Both the position numbers and the translations under genes were made by a program. A stretch of DNA of 61,226 nucleotides, counting the filler, from Collodictyon triciliatum (lineage: Eukaryota): NCBI GenBank assembly GCA_043381765.1. It is 5 parts of 4 records of this genome, joined end to end, with 100 filler letters (N's around TTAATTAATTAA, not from the genome) between each part and the next. Parts side by side here need not be neighbours in the genome. Positions count along the whole stretch, not along the records: positions 1 to 14,301 come from JBHJMP010001839.1; 4 more parts are not named here. One strand, written 5' to 3'. Shown here piece after piece: positions 1-14,202 of this stretch. Below the pieces are notes generated by a model, which was given only the letters and a program-made list of their open reading frames with translations, had not been told where the DNA came from and did no database searches. Position 1 is the stretch's first letter. Each line of letters starts with the position of its first letter.

Positions 1-98
<98 letters not shown>
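1..98. repeat. (ATT)n microsatellite
   Basis: Perfect ATT tandem array at the window start, probably within an intron of the NHL gene. Confidence 0.95.
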
Positions 99-99
<1 letters not shown>

Positions 100-205
100 G
101 GCGTTGTTATTATAGTTAATATTGTTGTATTTCAAAAGAATAGAGGTAAAGTCAGCTATGTCTCTCAATAAACTAATACCGCAACTACATAATTAACACA
201 TTCAG

Positions 206-1633
206 GAAACCGAGAATCACCAACAGAAAGCCATCGAACTGGACGAATTCGTTAAAGACCTTGAGGCACAAGTGAATTATTTCAAGGGCCAGGCCAAGAA
301 AGAGGTTATTGCTATCCTCCTACATGTTTATTTATTGCCTGTGTTTAGAAATCTCATTTTGATATAAAGATAGATAGGACGAAATTTAATTAATCACATT
401 AAAATAACCCAGCTCGATGCGTTGAACGAGTCCATCCTCGCACTGTTGGAGAAGTCACAGAACTCTCTCATGAACGAAATGCGCCGAATCCACATCGCCA
501 AGCGAACCCTGTGTAAGCTGATTGAAAAGCCCGAAGACGAGCGCTCCTTGGTTCAGATGGGCAACGCACTGCGCTTCGCCAACTATGTCCTTCATTCCAA
601 ACATAACGCGCCAATTGAAATTGTTCCACTTACCTCTGTGTCAAGACTGCCCCGAGCCATCCTGGACGACCTCAAGAAGCTTAACGAGACATTCATGTTT
701 GGCCTGAGCACTGAAGGAGAGGAAGCAGAAACAGCAACAACAGCAGAGTCAGAAACAGAAACAGAACCACTTCACTCGATTACCGCCTCGCTTGCTAGCA
801 TCAAAACCCCCAGCGTTCCGATTGACTCGTCGACCTGTGATGCCCGAATCGAATGTCCGTGGGCGGTTTGCGTGCATCCACAGAACGGTAACATCTATGC
901 GACGGATGAAGACTCGCAAAAAGTTCACATATTTAGCGATGACCTCAGCCATATTTCCTCCCGCCACAGCGGACTCATCATCCCAAAGATGCTTCACGGG
1001 CCAAGAGGAATCGCCATCTCCAACGACGGCCTCATTGCGGTTGCAGACTGCGAAGGCCACTCTGTGAAGCTCTTCACCGACCAGTTCACACTTGTCAAGA
1101 CCATCGGCGGAAAGAAGGGTAAGGAGAACGGCCAGCTCAATCGCCCATACTCGGTTGCTTTCGACAGTGCAGGAAACCTCTTTGTGGCCGACTCCGGAAA
1201 CCAAAGAGTCCAGAAGTTCGACAAGAAGGGCGTATTTGTCTCTGTCATTGGAAACGCGAGCGAAAGTGGCGGCTATATCAGCTCGCTTGTCAACGGCGTC
1301 TGTGTTAATGAAGAAGACAAGCTCTTAGTTCTTTGCGCCGGCTCTGATAGAGTCCGCGTCTTTTCAAAGGATGGAATTTTTGAAGATGAGGTCAAGCTGG
1401 AAGTGCCAACAAGCGTCGAGGCCTGGTCGCATATTTTCCGCGCCTCTCCCGGTGTCTTTGGTGTTTGCGAGAACAAGACCGGGGCAATTGTTTTCTACAA
1501 CCACCAGGGAGAATCTCAGCACCGCATCCTCTTGGACGGCTGTTTGGGCGCCTGCTTCGGACTCGACGGCACTTTCTACGCCACAAGCCTTTCGAAAAAA
1601 TCGGTCTCTGCCTTCTCTGCCAACTCCCAATAA
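206..1633 (+). CDS. NHL-repeat beta-propeller protein with upstream coiled-coil, similar to a TRIM-NHL C-terminus; 5' exons lie outside the window
   Basis: NHL motifs GPRGIAISNDGLIAVAD and LNRPYSVAFDSAGNLFVADSGNQRVQKF. Upstream exon ~206-304, GT-AG intron 305-411, long terminal exon to TAA at 1633. Confidence 0.85.
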
Positions 1634-2552
1634 CTTTTCTCTTTCTTCCTTACATTTTCTGATGCAGTAAAATCACGAGAGACCAGAAAAAAAAAACATG
1701 TTATTGAAATGTATCGGAAAATAATTTGATAAATCATCAGGCCTAACAGCAAGAGCAGATGATAAGTAAATTAAAAAAAAAAAAAAAAAGGGAAAAGGAA
1801 GTTTGATGAAAGCTTTAATTAGAAATATGATCTATAATGCGTGGTTTTTATTGCGCTTGCATTTCATTTGTTGATTCGTTCTACCTGTCCACCAAGAGAA
1901 CAAAACAATACGGGGATTGTTTACGGTGCTTTTTTGTGATGAAAATTGATGAATTACATTTAACCAACGAAGGGGCTAAGGTGCCGAGAAACCAAGCCAA
2001 ACGGGAGCGAGAGAAGGCTGGCAATAACGAGACCCTAAGGAGATATCTGGGCAGCACAAGTCGCTCGAGAACTGCGGTAATCCCCTATTATCACTTGGGT
2101 AAGGTAAAGTGACCAAGCAGAACGCGGCTATCGGCCACATTTTAAGATATCTGATAAAGTATTTGCCATATTCAAATGGTGTTTGTATGAGACTATGAGC
2201 GTGGCGTTCAGAACAAACAACGACGAGGAGACAGTGGTAAATGAGAGTACCGCAAGGACATAATCGTCAATTAAGTAACCGGACAAGAAACTGTAACTGG
2301 CTTCACTAAGAGCTTCCTTGGCTCTCGGATGATTCCTTCTGACCCGCTTTCGAGAAGCCTTTGGCAATCTAACAAACTCGCAGGCAACGAATAAAAAGAT
2401 GCTGAGTCGAACACCACAGACCTGTCAAACAATATTCCAAGTTTCTATGCTTTGAGCCCTGAAGAACATGGCCCCTCCTACAGCTATCTTTACCACAGGC
2501 TGATGAAACATTAAATATATAGACAGACACTCACTAGACGCCCAGGTAGCTT

Positions 2553-5003
2553 ATGTCACACCCAGTGATCGTCTTTGTGTGTTGGCTCGCTTCGCTCTCT
2601 GCCTTTGTTGCGGGAGTTCCCATCGACGCGCTCGGCTCCGAACCTAGCTTTGCGGACNNNNNNNNNNNNNNNNNNNNNNNNNNNNNNNNNNNNNNNNNNN
2701 NNNNNNNNNNNNNNNNNNNNNNNNNNNNNNNNNNNNNNNNNNNNNNNNNNNNNNNNNNNNNNNNNNNNNNNNNNNNNNNNNNNNNNNNNNNNNNNNNNNN
2801 NNNNNNNNNNNNNNNNNNNNNNNNNNNNNNNNNNNNNNNNNNNNNNNNNNNNNNNNNNNNNNNNNNNNNNNNNNNNNNNNNNNNNNNNNNNNNNNNNNNN
2901 NNNNNNNNNNNNNNNNNNNNNNNNNNNNNNNNNNNNNNNNNNNNNNNNNNNNNNNNNNNNNNNNNNNNNNNNNNNNNNNNNNNNNNNNNNNNNNNNNNNN
3001 NNNNNNNNNNNNNNNNNNNNNNNNNNNNNNNNNNNNNNNNNNNNNNNNNNNNNTGGCTTTGTTTTCTCCTGGCTTTAATACACAACCAAGCCTCTATGCA
3101 AACACAATCGCACACCTGTCATCTTGTTTGTGGATATTTCGTCACTTTTTATGGATATTTCCTTCCTTCTAATTTTCTCTCAATTCTTAAAGGGTTTATA
3201 TATAAAAGAAGTTCATGTAGATATGATCATGTTAAATTCTTGGAATCGACACACCTATCGAAATAATATTAATCTCACCCAAATCGTTATATGAATCTTG
3301 TTTGTATACTCACAGCATGTCTCTTTCGCTCAACAATTGAGATAATAATTCACATCTCTTATCAACAACATATTGTGATGAATAAATTGTAATGTGATGT
3401 AAATCATAACTCAGGGGGGTATGTTGTTGTCGGACTCAACCCGAATGAAACGCTTTTCCGCGATATAACACACAACAAGAAGGGCCTTTTTGTTCCTGCT
3501 GTGCTTGATTGGGCTGAAGGACAGAATACAGACCCTTCCAGTCCACTTTACAGAAAGGTGAGTATTCATTTATGCTCATTATTGTATATAGATTCCCCCA
3601 ATATTCCTTTAACCTTACTCTTTCATTTTAAAAAAAGAAACTGCCAGAAATGTGTACATGTACATGCATAAGTGAAATTGCACTGAAGCTTTTGAGAAAC
3701 ATGAATCATATATGATACGGGCTTTTATCCGCCACATCACATGGTTTTTTCTTCAATAGGTGGACTCTTCAAAGGTCTATTCCTTAGGTCACTCCTTGGG
3801 TGGAAAGAGCTCGTATCTTGGCGCTTCATATGATACAAAAAGAATTGCGGGAGTCTTTGCCATTGATCCAGTTGATTGGTTTGTAAACCATGTTTGACTT
3901 GTATTGAACGAATAATTTCCAATTTCCAGAAATGCAATCTTTGAGTAGAATAATGTTTGTTCTAATGGTCATATTACACATCTCCACCTTTTGGTTGACC
4001 TAGCGAACCTGGTTGCATCTTCCCGGACAATGTATTTTCTTTTTTTTAAAAAAAACTGATACTTCATCATCCACTGGAGTTGAATAAGAATACAAGACTC
4101 GTGCATAATTACGCCATTCACTACAAAACTACAGTCTGTTTGCGAATATGATACCGATTACCCATCTGCTGCTGCGAGAGGAAACTATATCGCACCAGGG
4201 GTCGCTATGATACTCGGTTTATATTGTTATCTTAAAAGCACGTTTCTATACTTGCTTTTGTTTTCGTTCTTTGTTTTGCTTGATATGACTGTGTAAAATA
4301 ACTCCTAATATGGTTGCTTCATTTATCATCTGTGTTAGGTGCTGAGTTAGGTGGTGTGAGTCGTGGTGGTCCCGCATGCGCCCCAACCAAATGCAATTAT
4401 GAATGGTTTTTCAACCAAACTACGTCTGATCAATGGAGCATTATGGTAAAGCTAACGATAGTGGCTACGCTTTTTCTAATGCTGAATTAATTATTTTTTT
4501 TTACAAGGCTGCAGTGTTAGCTTATTTCCGTTTAGTGATAGTGCCTCTGTTTTAGTTCTACAATACTGGCCACACACAGTATATAGATTTGGTTCCACCC
4601 CCTGCTGTGGATCCGTGCACCCAGGGCACTCAAAGCAACGACGAGATTAAAAGACTCACACAAACTCTTATGGTTGCCTGGGCCGAGGTTTTACTAATTT
4701 CTGTTATGATTTCTGATGACTATAAAGCAACTCTGTACATCAATTCAATTAACAGCTCTTTTGTTCGATGATTCAGAGTTTAAAAAATTAATATATTAGA
4801 AAACAATCCGTAACCAGAATATTGACGAGTATCTCACTGGTTCATGGATGCAGTAATTTTTTTTTCGTACAAAAGCCATCGACTTGCAGATATCATATTA
4901 AAAATTGACCAAAGTATTTTTTGTTTAACAATACGCTCATTTATTGGGGAAAAGAGAGCAAGTAGCCTACGGAAAACTGCTCCCGAAGGTCAAGCAAGAA
5001 TAA
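2553..5003 (+). CDS. Secreted chlorophyllase-like alpha/beta hydrolase (multi-exon, partly in a gap)
   Basis: Signal peptide MSHPVIVFVCWLASLSAFVAG. Spliced exons give GHSLGG (nucleophile elbow, ~3788), AIDPVD (acid), GAELGG..PACAP..NYEWFF and GHTQYID (catalytic His). Stop TAA at 5001-5003. Confidence 0.75.
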
Positions 5004-5551
5004 AGACCTACGCACTGGATGTTTTACATGATTCAAAATGAATTTATATTTTCTTTTTTCTGGACTCTTGAAAATTTTACAAATGGCATATAAGAGTGTT
5101 ATTTAGAACTATTTAAAACATTCTGGAGGCAATGTATATTGCAACTTCATCTTGAAAAAAAAAACTGCTAATGTATTATTGTCTCAATTCATAGACAACC
5201 CTTCTGAATGAGACAAATATAATCATGTCATGGTGGATAATACGTAAGGAGGCTGAAAATAAGCGAAAACATGTCGAAGATAATGATATATGGGCTTGGA
5301 TAAAGATAATGGACACAAAAGCCATTAAAAATTTGGTCCTAAGATTATAATAGTGAATTATTGTTTTTTTTTTTTTTGTTTCTTAAAAAAGGAAATCAAA
5401 ATCACTTTTAATCACACTGATATTCATGTTTTATACCACCATATGAAAGAAGTAAAAGAAGAGATATATGGATAGGAGGAGAGAGAAAAAAAGGCACCTC
5501 CTGAAAGAAGTGGGGGGAGTGAGAAGAGTGTAGAGAAGAATTTTGTCAAAA

Positions 5552-7269
5552 TCAGCGCCGACCCCAGTGTGCCATCAATTGCTTTGGATTCTGGCTGATG
5601 GTTGCCAGTATAGCTGCAAGGCGCTTTGGTGAGACTACTCCGGGTATTTTTTCGTCATCCCCAACGATGCTGACTCGTAGAAGAATGTAGCTTGATTGGA
5701 GTAAATTAAGGGACAACGCAGACTCTATTTGTCTTCGTTTAGAGGAGCTTGGGTCAAGGTCCTCTTTTGATGATACAATTATCAACTCCACCGTATGAAT
5801 ATCGACTAATATAAAAATAAAGAGATTTAAAACATCAATCATTTCTCCCCCTTTCCTCACATTTGACATATTCGTATCCGTTCAAAAAGAAAAACCTGAA
5901 TACGCATGCTATAATTCAGAATGATGTCATGATTACATTTTGCCGCCAGATAGTGGAGGATATGTCGCACAAGCGCGCGTCTGCATTTGTCCGAAAAATC
6001 AAAGACAAGAACTATGACATGGGGAAGAGGGTCCAGAACGGAGCCCAATTTCTCTGCCTTCCTGTTTATGAGTGCCAAATAAATGAGTTTTTGTTTAAAA
6101 CGGGTATTCATAAAAATAAAATAAAAAACGAATTAGTAAATCAACGAACAGGTATTGTAAAAGTCTACTCGAATTCATAGAATTGACGGCATTACAGCAA
6201 AGACCCAGGAACCTCAATGAACTGAAAATCGATCATGTTTTCATAGCGAATAGTGTTTGTGCGCACCGATTTTGTGGGGAAAATCATACCCGGGTTTGAA
6301 TCAGGTATACTTTTTGGATTCTGGCTCATGTGGTAAGCAACATGGTCTATCAGGCTGCTTTTTCCTGATTGTGAAAATCCCAGAAAAATACTATGTCGAT
6401 CCTCATATCAGCAAATATTAAATATTCATTGATCAACAATAATGATTGGTAACAGAATAAAACATGCGATGTTATTTGAAGTTTCCATAAAAAAAAGAGT
6501 CATAATTGCATTTCATTATTTTTACCATCGACACGGCTCAGTCCATTTTATATCGTGACGTAAAGCGGGTATGACGAGGTTTTGTGGAGAATGTGAGGGC
6601 AACCTAGAATGTACCGGATAAGTAGAATGAGTTGGTGATTGATGTCGATGCTGCCAGCTATTGAATGGGGAGTTGGAAAACATATTCGATAACGAAAACG
6701 ATTTCCCACTAGACTCAGCAAAGTCATTAGATTTGCTTGAATCGACATTCCTTGGTTGCGAAAGTATCGCTGATGATGAAATACGTTGAAGATTTGCTTC
6801 AGGTTCATGGGTAGATTCAGCAGGATAGTGGCTCGCTGATAGGGTTGGCTCCTGAATTCGTTCATTGTGTCCTTTGACGAAAGTACTCCCGTGAGACTCT
6901 GTTTCGTGCGTAGGTGATTGCTTCATCAAATACCTGTGTAAAATATACACCAACAAAACATCATAATACCATAGAAAATGTGAAGGTCTTAAGCAGCTAC
7001 GATTCGTTTGAAATTGCAAGATAAAAGTATGATTACTAGACTCGTCTGAAATTAATCAACTGGATAAATAAATTGGGATTCGAAAGCATTTCTCTGTTTA
7101 GTTTGAGCTTTTTCCCACTCCACTCTACCCTTCATTATAGCCTCAATCTGAACCACTCACTAATCTTTTGGTGTCGATCGGGATCAAGGTTGAATATAAA
7201 AATTGATTGGAATAGGGAAGATAGTAAGAAGAATGGTATTTTGTTTTTGTGAATAACAACAACAACAAC

Positions 7270-7363
<94 letters not shown>

Positions 7364-7680
7364 TAAAATAAAACAAAAAGCAGAAAACAGAAAAATTGAC
7401 CATTAATTATGGGACACTGAGTGTTATACATTAAAAGTCATACATTTTTAAAATATATTAATTGGTTATATTTTAACACGAGAATTAATTATTATCGCCA
7501 TTGCTGTTATAGAGAGAGAAACAGAAAAGATTAAAATAGATTTAATTAACTCTTCTTCGTTACGGTGATTTCTATCAGACGCCCTCAGTATTTTGCAAGC
7601 CTGTCTCTCACAGTCCAGCGAAATAGTGTTTTTTAACAACCTACTTGAAGGCAACACTTTATTGTGTCTCAATCTCTAGT
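5552..7680 (-). CDS. Divergent Arf/Arl-like P-loop GTPase with long low-complexity N-terminal extension; 5' end uncertain
   Basis: Spliced exons read CRCIFLGFSQSGKSSL (G1), FPT (G2), FQFIEVPG (G3-like), VIVLVFDFSD and IIVSSKED (G4-like). Intron phases are consistent for exons between 6933 and 5552. Confidence 0.65.
7253..7365. repeat. (AAC)n(AAT)n microsatellite
   Basis: Visible tandem array. Confidence 0.95.
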
Positions 7681-8127
7681 ATCGCTCTACAAAAACTATA
7701 AATTTATTGCATCATTTGCTGATTATCCCGACTCATACAAAAATCAAAACATCAATCGGTGCCCGAAAGGCGGAAATACAACCAAGAGAATAAAAATGCG
7801 AAATTGGACAGATGAAAACAACGCTTTTGGTAAAAAAAGAGTTCTGCAAACGGGTGTGTGAATAGCCCAGATTAGAAAAATGCGTGATTTCATCAACTGA
7901 TGCCAGCTGCTCCTTCTTTTATGTCGTCAAATCCAGCCCTCTGACACAAACCTATCTGTCTGCACCGTCTGTTTTGCTCGTTTCTTTATTTTGCTAGTTG
8001 GTTCGCTGGCGTTTGCAATATTTTCGGGAAAAAGATTCGTCTGAAGTTTTTATTAGTTAGGGTCTTAAAGAAGTTTTCTTTTAAAAAAAAGTTGTAAAAC
8101 TGCAAAGCAGGGCTGTGTTCTCCTGCT

Positions 8128-9444
8128 TTATCTGCTCTTTTTCTTCGGTCGTTCCTCCTCGTCTCTGGTTGATTCAACCACAGGAGGCCCGCGTCTGCGC
8201 TCTTCATCACGGCGGTCTTTCTTGTCCCTTTCCTTCTCCTTATCTCGTTTGTCCTTCTCTTTGTCCCTTTCTTTTTCTTTTTCTTTGGCCCTCTCTTTCT
8301 CTCGGTCTTTTTCCCGGTCTCTGTCGCGCTCTCTATCGCGCTCGCGCTCCCGCTCCCGCTCCTTGTCTCTACTTTTGTCCTTGTCGTAGTCTCTTTCCCG
8401 CTCCCTCTCTTTCTCTTTGGGTTTCTCACGAGAGCGATTCGGGTCTTTGTTCCTAGAGCTTAAAGAAAGGTATGCCTCTCATGAACATATGTGTATTATT
8501 GTGATTGATTTAAACGCATATTGTAGTTGGTGGTATTTGTTTGCTGTAGCACGAGGGGTAAAATAATGGAAATGGAAGAGATAAATGGTATACCTGTCAT
8601 GGTTATCACTATCATCAACTCGCTCTTGTCGTCTACCGACGTCCTCCTAATAAAACAGATAACTTATTGAAACGGTGAACCCTTTGTACTGAAGATTAAT
8701 TCAAGTGTAATTCATATCTTGGGTGTTACAGAGTGTGTAAACGGATTCACCAAAATGTTTGTGGTTAAAAAAATAAATCAGGCTAACCCTTTCTTGGGCA
8801 TGAGTATGCATATCTGCGTATGCACCTGAAGTGATTCGGCCACCAAAGATAAGAAAAACCAAAGGCACAAAAAGAACAAAATAAATTGAGAAATTGTGTT
8901 TAGTTCTTGTTTTAAAAGATACAACGAACCCAGTGCGTGCTCGAATGAGCCGAAAATAAAGAAAAAGACTACATAATCGATTGGTGGCATCTCACAATTT
9001 ACACTGTGCATTGAAAATACAGCTTGAATTACATACGATGTGGGTCATAACCAGGCATCGATTCATCGCGGTCGTTAAAGTTTGGCATTCCTGGGAGATG
9101 AATCCCTGGAAAGTTAGGAATGAGCGGAGCAGAAGGAACTAATCCAGGAACTGCCTGTAAGATTGGCCCCATGGGATGCGGCTGCGGCATCAACTGTGGA
9201 ATCATGCCACCAGGAGCCATCACTCGGAATGCAGGATTGACCAGAGAATGACCCATAGGTCCCATGAGTGTGGGTGCTGCATCTTGGGCCGCGCGCTGGA
9301 AAGGGTATCAGCAAGATTGCACGTCAAAGTCGGGTCCCATAATTTTACACTTTGGAATAAAAAAAAACATAAAACAAAAAATTTGACGTGCAAAACATAA
9401 ACAAGAACACAAAGTAAAAAGCAAAAAGCAAAAAGATATGGCGT

Positions 9445-9518
<74 letters not shown>

Positions 9519-11945
9519 CATCTATCACAGTACTTACATGTGATGACTGGCCTGGGGGAGAGGTTGTTGATAATTTGTGCAGAAAATGTATGATTAATTT
9601 AGGCAGATTATTTGGGAAGTGATTCACCTCATTAAAGATTCCTTTTATAAAATTTTGGGCCTAGAAAAAGAAAAGAAATACCTTGACTTCGTTGTCCTAA
9701 GATTGTGCATACAAGCAAATGGTTTCCATGAAAAGCATGATATTAGTGTAGTGAAATAAGGGGAATCAGTACCAGGAGAGGATTCAGTGATTTAAGTTGA
9801 TGTAAATTATGTGCATATACAAAAATTAATGTGATGACAGCGGTATGTGCATTACCATCCCTGCGGCTAGATTCTGCACGGTGTCCAGAACCTCCCTCGT
9901 TCTTTGATTCGTGTCTGCTACTGCGTTCTTCCGATCGTCCATCCGAGCGACTCTCACCTCTGCTGTCGTGTCTCCTTGAGTGGCTCGAATGCGAATGTGG
10001 ATGTGGCTCGCTGTGGTTGGACTCCACTTTGACATCACTTGAGTCAAACACTTTCTTCTCGTCTCTCGATTCTGAGCGGGAATCATGACTAGACGACTGA
10101 TGGCCTTCTCTTGAGTGTGATGCATCATTTCGTTTCCTGATGTATTAATATTTTTCATATATATTAAAACAAGATAAGATCCTATTGACGCCTATTGCTA
10201 GCGTGATACAATATGGAACAAATCTCAAGAGGGACAAAGAGCGGAAGAAAAAAAAAGGGGGGAAATACGTCGATGTTGTATGAGCTTAGTCCTTATGTAA
10301 GACTTACACAGTAATATTTTTTGCAATCAAGTATTCGGGTGGAAAGTATTTGTAGAGGTTTGGGGATTCTGGAATCTGTAATGGTAGTATATACAGTAAG
10401 GACAAATATTTGGAAAATGTAAGTATTTATATACTGCACAGTTTTCACAAAGGTGCTGATGCGATTGTCCTAACAGAATTACCCGCTCTGTTTGTTTCAC
10501 GCCACTCGTATTTTCGAGTCGAAGAAAAATTTGAACTTTACAAAAGTCTCTCCATGTCTCTTCAGTAAATCCGTAATTGAAATACTCTGATGGGTCGACT
10601 CCTGATATTTTCGTTTCCGGTATTAGAGAATTGAGCCATGTGGTATTAATAGAGTCACATAATCCTTTCGGGAGCGAATACAATACAGATCAAGGAGAAG
10701 ATTTGTATACCAGACTGTCTCCATGGTTGCTCCTCGAGCTTATCAATATCCAGTTCATAAAGAGATTTTGTTCCTGGATATGTCGAAGGGAGAGTGGGAT
10801 ACCGCATACTCGTCATAATGTCGTAAGGGTTGGCTGATTGGGGAGGGTGTGATTAGTAAAAACGATAATAACATGTCGTAAGCAGAACGGATAGGTTAAA
10901 ATGATGCTGCAATAATATCTCTGAGCATTATTATAGAAACCAGTCTACCTGGTCCTCCGACCAGTCTGCTCGTATCAATGATGACCTCGAATCCCTGCAC
11001 AATGAGTCATTCAAGATGCATGAATATGATTAACATATGACAGTAAAATGTAAAGCATAAAACTAATCAGCGTATGGTTGTGTGTAAATGTAGTCAGGAT
11101 CCGAAACAAATATCAAGGAAGGATACGCCTGGAGCGAGTTAAAAATAAAAGAAAAAGAGGGGAAATAAGGATATAAATAGGGCAATCACGTCATCAATTT
11201 CTTCATCTGAGCTGTTCTCTAGCTCCCCATCTTCATCATCCATATCTTCATTCTGTTTACCAGCATCGTTAGACTGCTCTTGCATGTTTGTAACTAGTTG
11301 ATTCTTATGGTCCGTTGTTTCAGGTATTTCTTGAATGTGGTCTGCCTCTGTATTTTCAGTTTTCACTTTGTGAATTTCTGGTGTTTCTGGATCTGCTTTC
11401 GTGGGTTCAACAGGCTGAATCGATTGATACTGGACAGCAGAATCCTCCAGGCTAAACCCTCCCTCTTCAATTCTACTTTGCTCCATTTCACTATGGTTAT
11501 TTGCGGAAGACTGATTCCCAACATCGTCCTTTGGCATGTTATCATCATCTTCTTCCTTCTTTATAAGTTCATCGTTTATTGGCGATATGGGTCCAAATCC
11601 GGGAATCTCTACATAAGCCATTATTACGAGTGAAAAGAAAGAGATGACATTAACGAATGTAGACTTTAATTAATGTCGCACAGAATGGAGAATGATATTT
11701 TCCCTTTCTTAAAGTGCAGTGACTTTTATATTGAATGTAGTGGTGGATAGCATCAATGTGCATTGCTGCTATCCCATATGTAATCAGCGTTTGTATGATA
11801 TGTATTATGTATGATGGAGATATAACATCTGATATATATTTCTCGAACCTTCCTCGATGTCGTTTGTGTCTGTCTGGATAGGGCTGCCAAACCCAGGAAT
11901 CTCATCCTCGGGAGCATCAAATGGATCCCCTTCTGTATTATCCAT
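8128..11945 (-). CDS. FIP1: Pre-mRNA 3'-end processing factor FIP1
   Basis: Fip1 motif across an intron: LYELDIDKLEEQPWRQSG|VDPSEYFNYGFTEETWRDFCKVQ. Acidic N-terminus, Pro-rich middle, RE/RD-rich C-terminus ending KKKSR* at 8128. Confidence 0.9.
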
Positions 11946-12700
11946 CTTTCTATTTGCCACGGAGAAATAAGAGCTATTAAACACTGTGTTATTAAGTCTC
12001 TTTGTTTTTTCTATGAGGAAAATTATCTAAGGCACAATATTTTTTTCTTTTTTTTTCTTTTCCTAGCTAAATGCAACTAGTCTATTGAAGGAAGAAGAAA
12101 AAAGGCATTTCGCGAGCTAATGTGACCGATCGAAATGCTGTGTGACCAATTCTGCCTTTGTTGCTCGACAGTATTTTTTTACTTTTTTTTTTTTACTATA
12201 AAAAAAAAAAGACGTAACTATCTCAGATGCTTTGTTTTCATAAAGGGTAAACTGCCAAACTACAAGGAAAAAAAAGGCTTGCTGTTTAAAAGTTACAACC
12301 TAGTAGGAGAACCCCTCGAAGGTGCAGGTTTGTTGGGTGAGTACTTGAAGCATCAAACATAAACAAAAGCATCAAACACAAACAAAAACAATAAACAAAC
12401 ATAGATGCGAAACGAAAAGGAACAGAGTAGCTTGAGAACCCGAAATCGAAGGTAGGCACCACACATGAATGTCTGTAGCCTTATGATACTCGGAAAACAT
12501 TCGCCGTATTGCGTACTGAAAAGATTTCTTTGGCCGCGCCATCCTGTGACGATCATTTTGATCAATGTGATCAAAATGATGAGAAAATCCTTTATATAAT
12601 TTCTACTCCTGGATAAATTCGTTATAAGAGGGTGGAGGCGGATGGCTGGGCAATTTCTTCGGGACATAACGCACAAGATTCAGCAGCAGTTTCTTCGAGT

Positions 12701-14163
12701 TTATTCTGTGGGTGATTTTAGGTAGACGGGGAGGCTGTCGAAGCTCGCTCCAGATGCAATGTTATCCAGGCCCTCACCTTCGTATGACAGAAGAGGAGAA
12801 ACCTCCACGGCTGCTTCATCGTCATCCAGAACTAGGACGGAAAATATAGTGATGAATGGAAATGTATTGTTCTTGAAATCCAGACTTTGTGCTAGGGTTG
12901 TGTTTTCTCGTAAAAAAGATTATGTCCAGCGTGTCATCTCGCTCTTTCTGTTTCATATATCTCCTTTTTATTTGCATGAAGGCCACCAATAAAATAAATA
13001 AAGGTTCAAGTTTGCAAATACGCACTAGATGCAGCTATGACCCCTCCGGCTTTCTGGATATATGTCTTGTGGAGGTTGAATATGTGGAGCTTGGCTGTGT
13101 CAGGCGAGTCCTTGGATTCTCCCCACCCATTTTTTATGGGAGAAAACTCTTCTTCCCTAGGAACCTAAAGACGCAGAAGAATGACATCCATATGACGAGA
13201 AAAATTGACAGCTTGATTCTAACTCCTTCGAGGAGAAAAATAAAAATGATAAGACATGGTTTCATGAGCTTATATCTCATCCACAGAACAACATACCATG
13301 AACACGCCAACATTGTTTTTCGCTGCTGGAGTGCAATCCAAGACGAATTTTTCAAACTTCCACCCATTCACAGATGCTGGTGTTGTCGTTGCACCTTTTT
13401 CATCTGCATAAGGGATTTTCTTTTTGGCAATGTGATACCTACAATATTATGTCCAAATTATTATGACGTGATTCTAATTGGTTCAATAATCAGGCCATAC
13501 ACAACACATACCAATCATTATCTCGTATATTTCAATGTAAATAAGGGAGAAATCAGACGAACAAAATGGGATATTTTACTGCATGTTGGTCTCGGCCTCT
13601 TCTATCACCTCGGTCAGGAATTGACGGGTGTAAAAAAGATTGAGAATATTCGCTGCGTTGTAAAGCAGTTCCCCATTAGATTCATTTCGGAGAACAGCAA
13701 CCTCTTTCGGAAGCTCGCTGTATTCTACATAATCAACTATGCCCTTGCGAATACAAACAACCCCCGCTGGCTCTTCGGGATATGCCTGTCAAACGAGAAA
13801 ATACATCACCTATTCTTAAATTGATAATATACAGATACCTCCCTAACGAAAAATAAAATACCTTGGCCACAACTTTATATCCAAAGCTGAAGTTTTTTTC
13901 TATGCAATACCCGATGTATGTAGGGTCTCCAACACGTACTAGAATGTTGTCGACACAATATACAAAACCAAACTCGCAGCCGCGCTGGGCCATGTCCTTG
14001 TGAACTCCGTTGATTCCCAAGGCTATTTTTGAACAATTATTTAGCACATTGATGAATTGTTAATATGATTGATTCGATTATGACCAAGTAAAAAAATAGC
14101 TCAGTTTTTGGTGATTTTTAGACCTTTGTAAAGCCCGCCGTGTCCGTCTGGAGCTCTGGCGAC
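12701..14163 (-). CDS. UAP1: UDP-N-acetylglucosamine pyrophosphorylase; 5' part lost in the gap
   Basis: Spliced motifs APDGHGGLY, YCVDNILV, KVVAKAYPEEP, YVEYSE, KFEKFVLD, REEEFSPIKN and EVSPLLSYEGEGL. Stop at 12701. Confidence 0.92.
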
Positions 14164-14202
14164 CTAAACGACATGCAATTAGTTAATTTATTTATTTTGT
14201 TC

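Noticed and set aside
1970-2400. GC-richer patch with a short hydrophobic minus-strand ORF
   Set aside because: No motif, splice structure or repeat copy found to support a call.
12889-13824. 311-aa plus-strand ORF
   Set aside because: Antisense shadow of the spliced UAP1 gene; no protein-like motifs.
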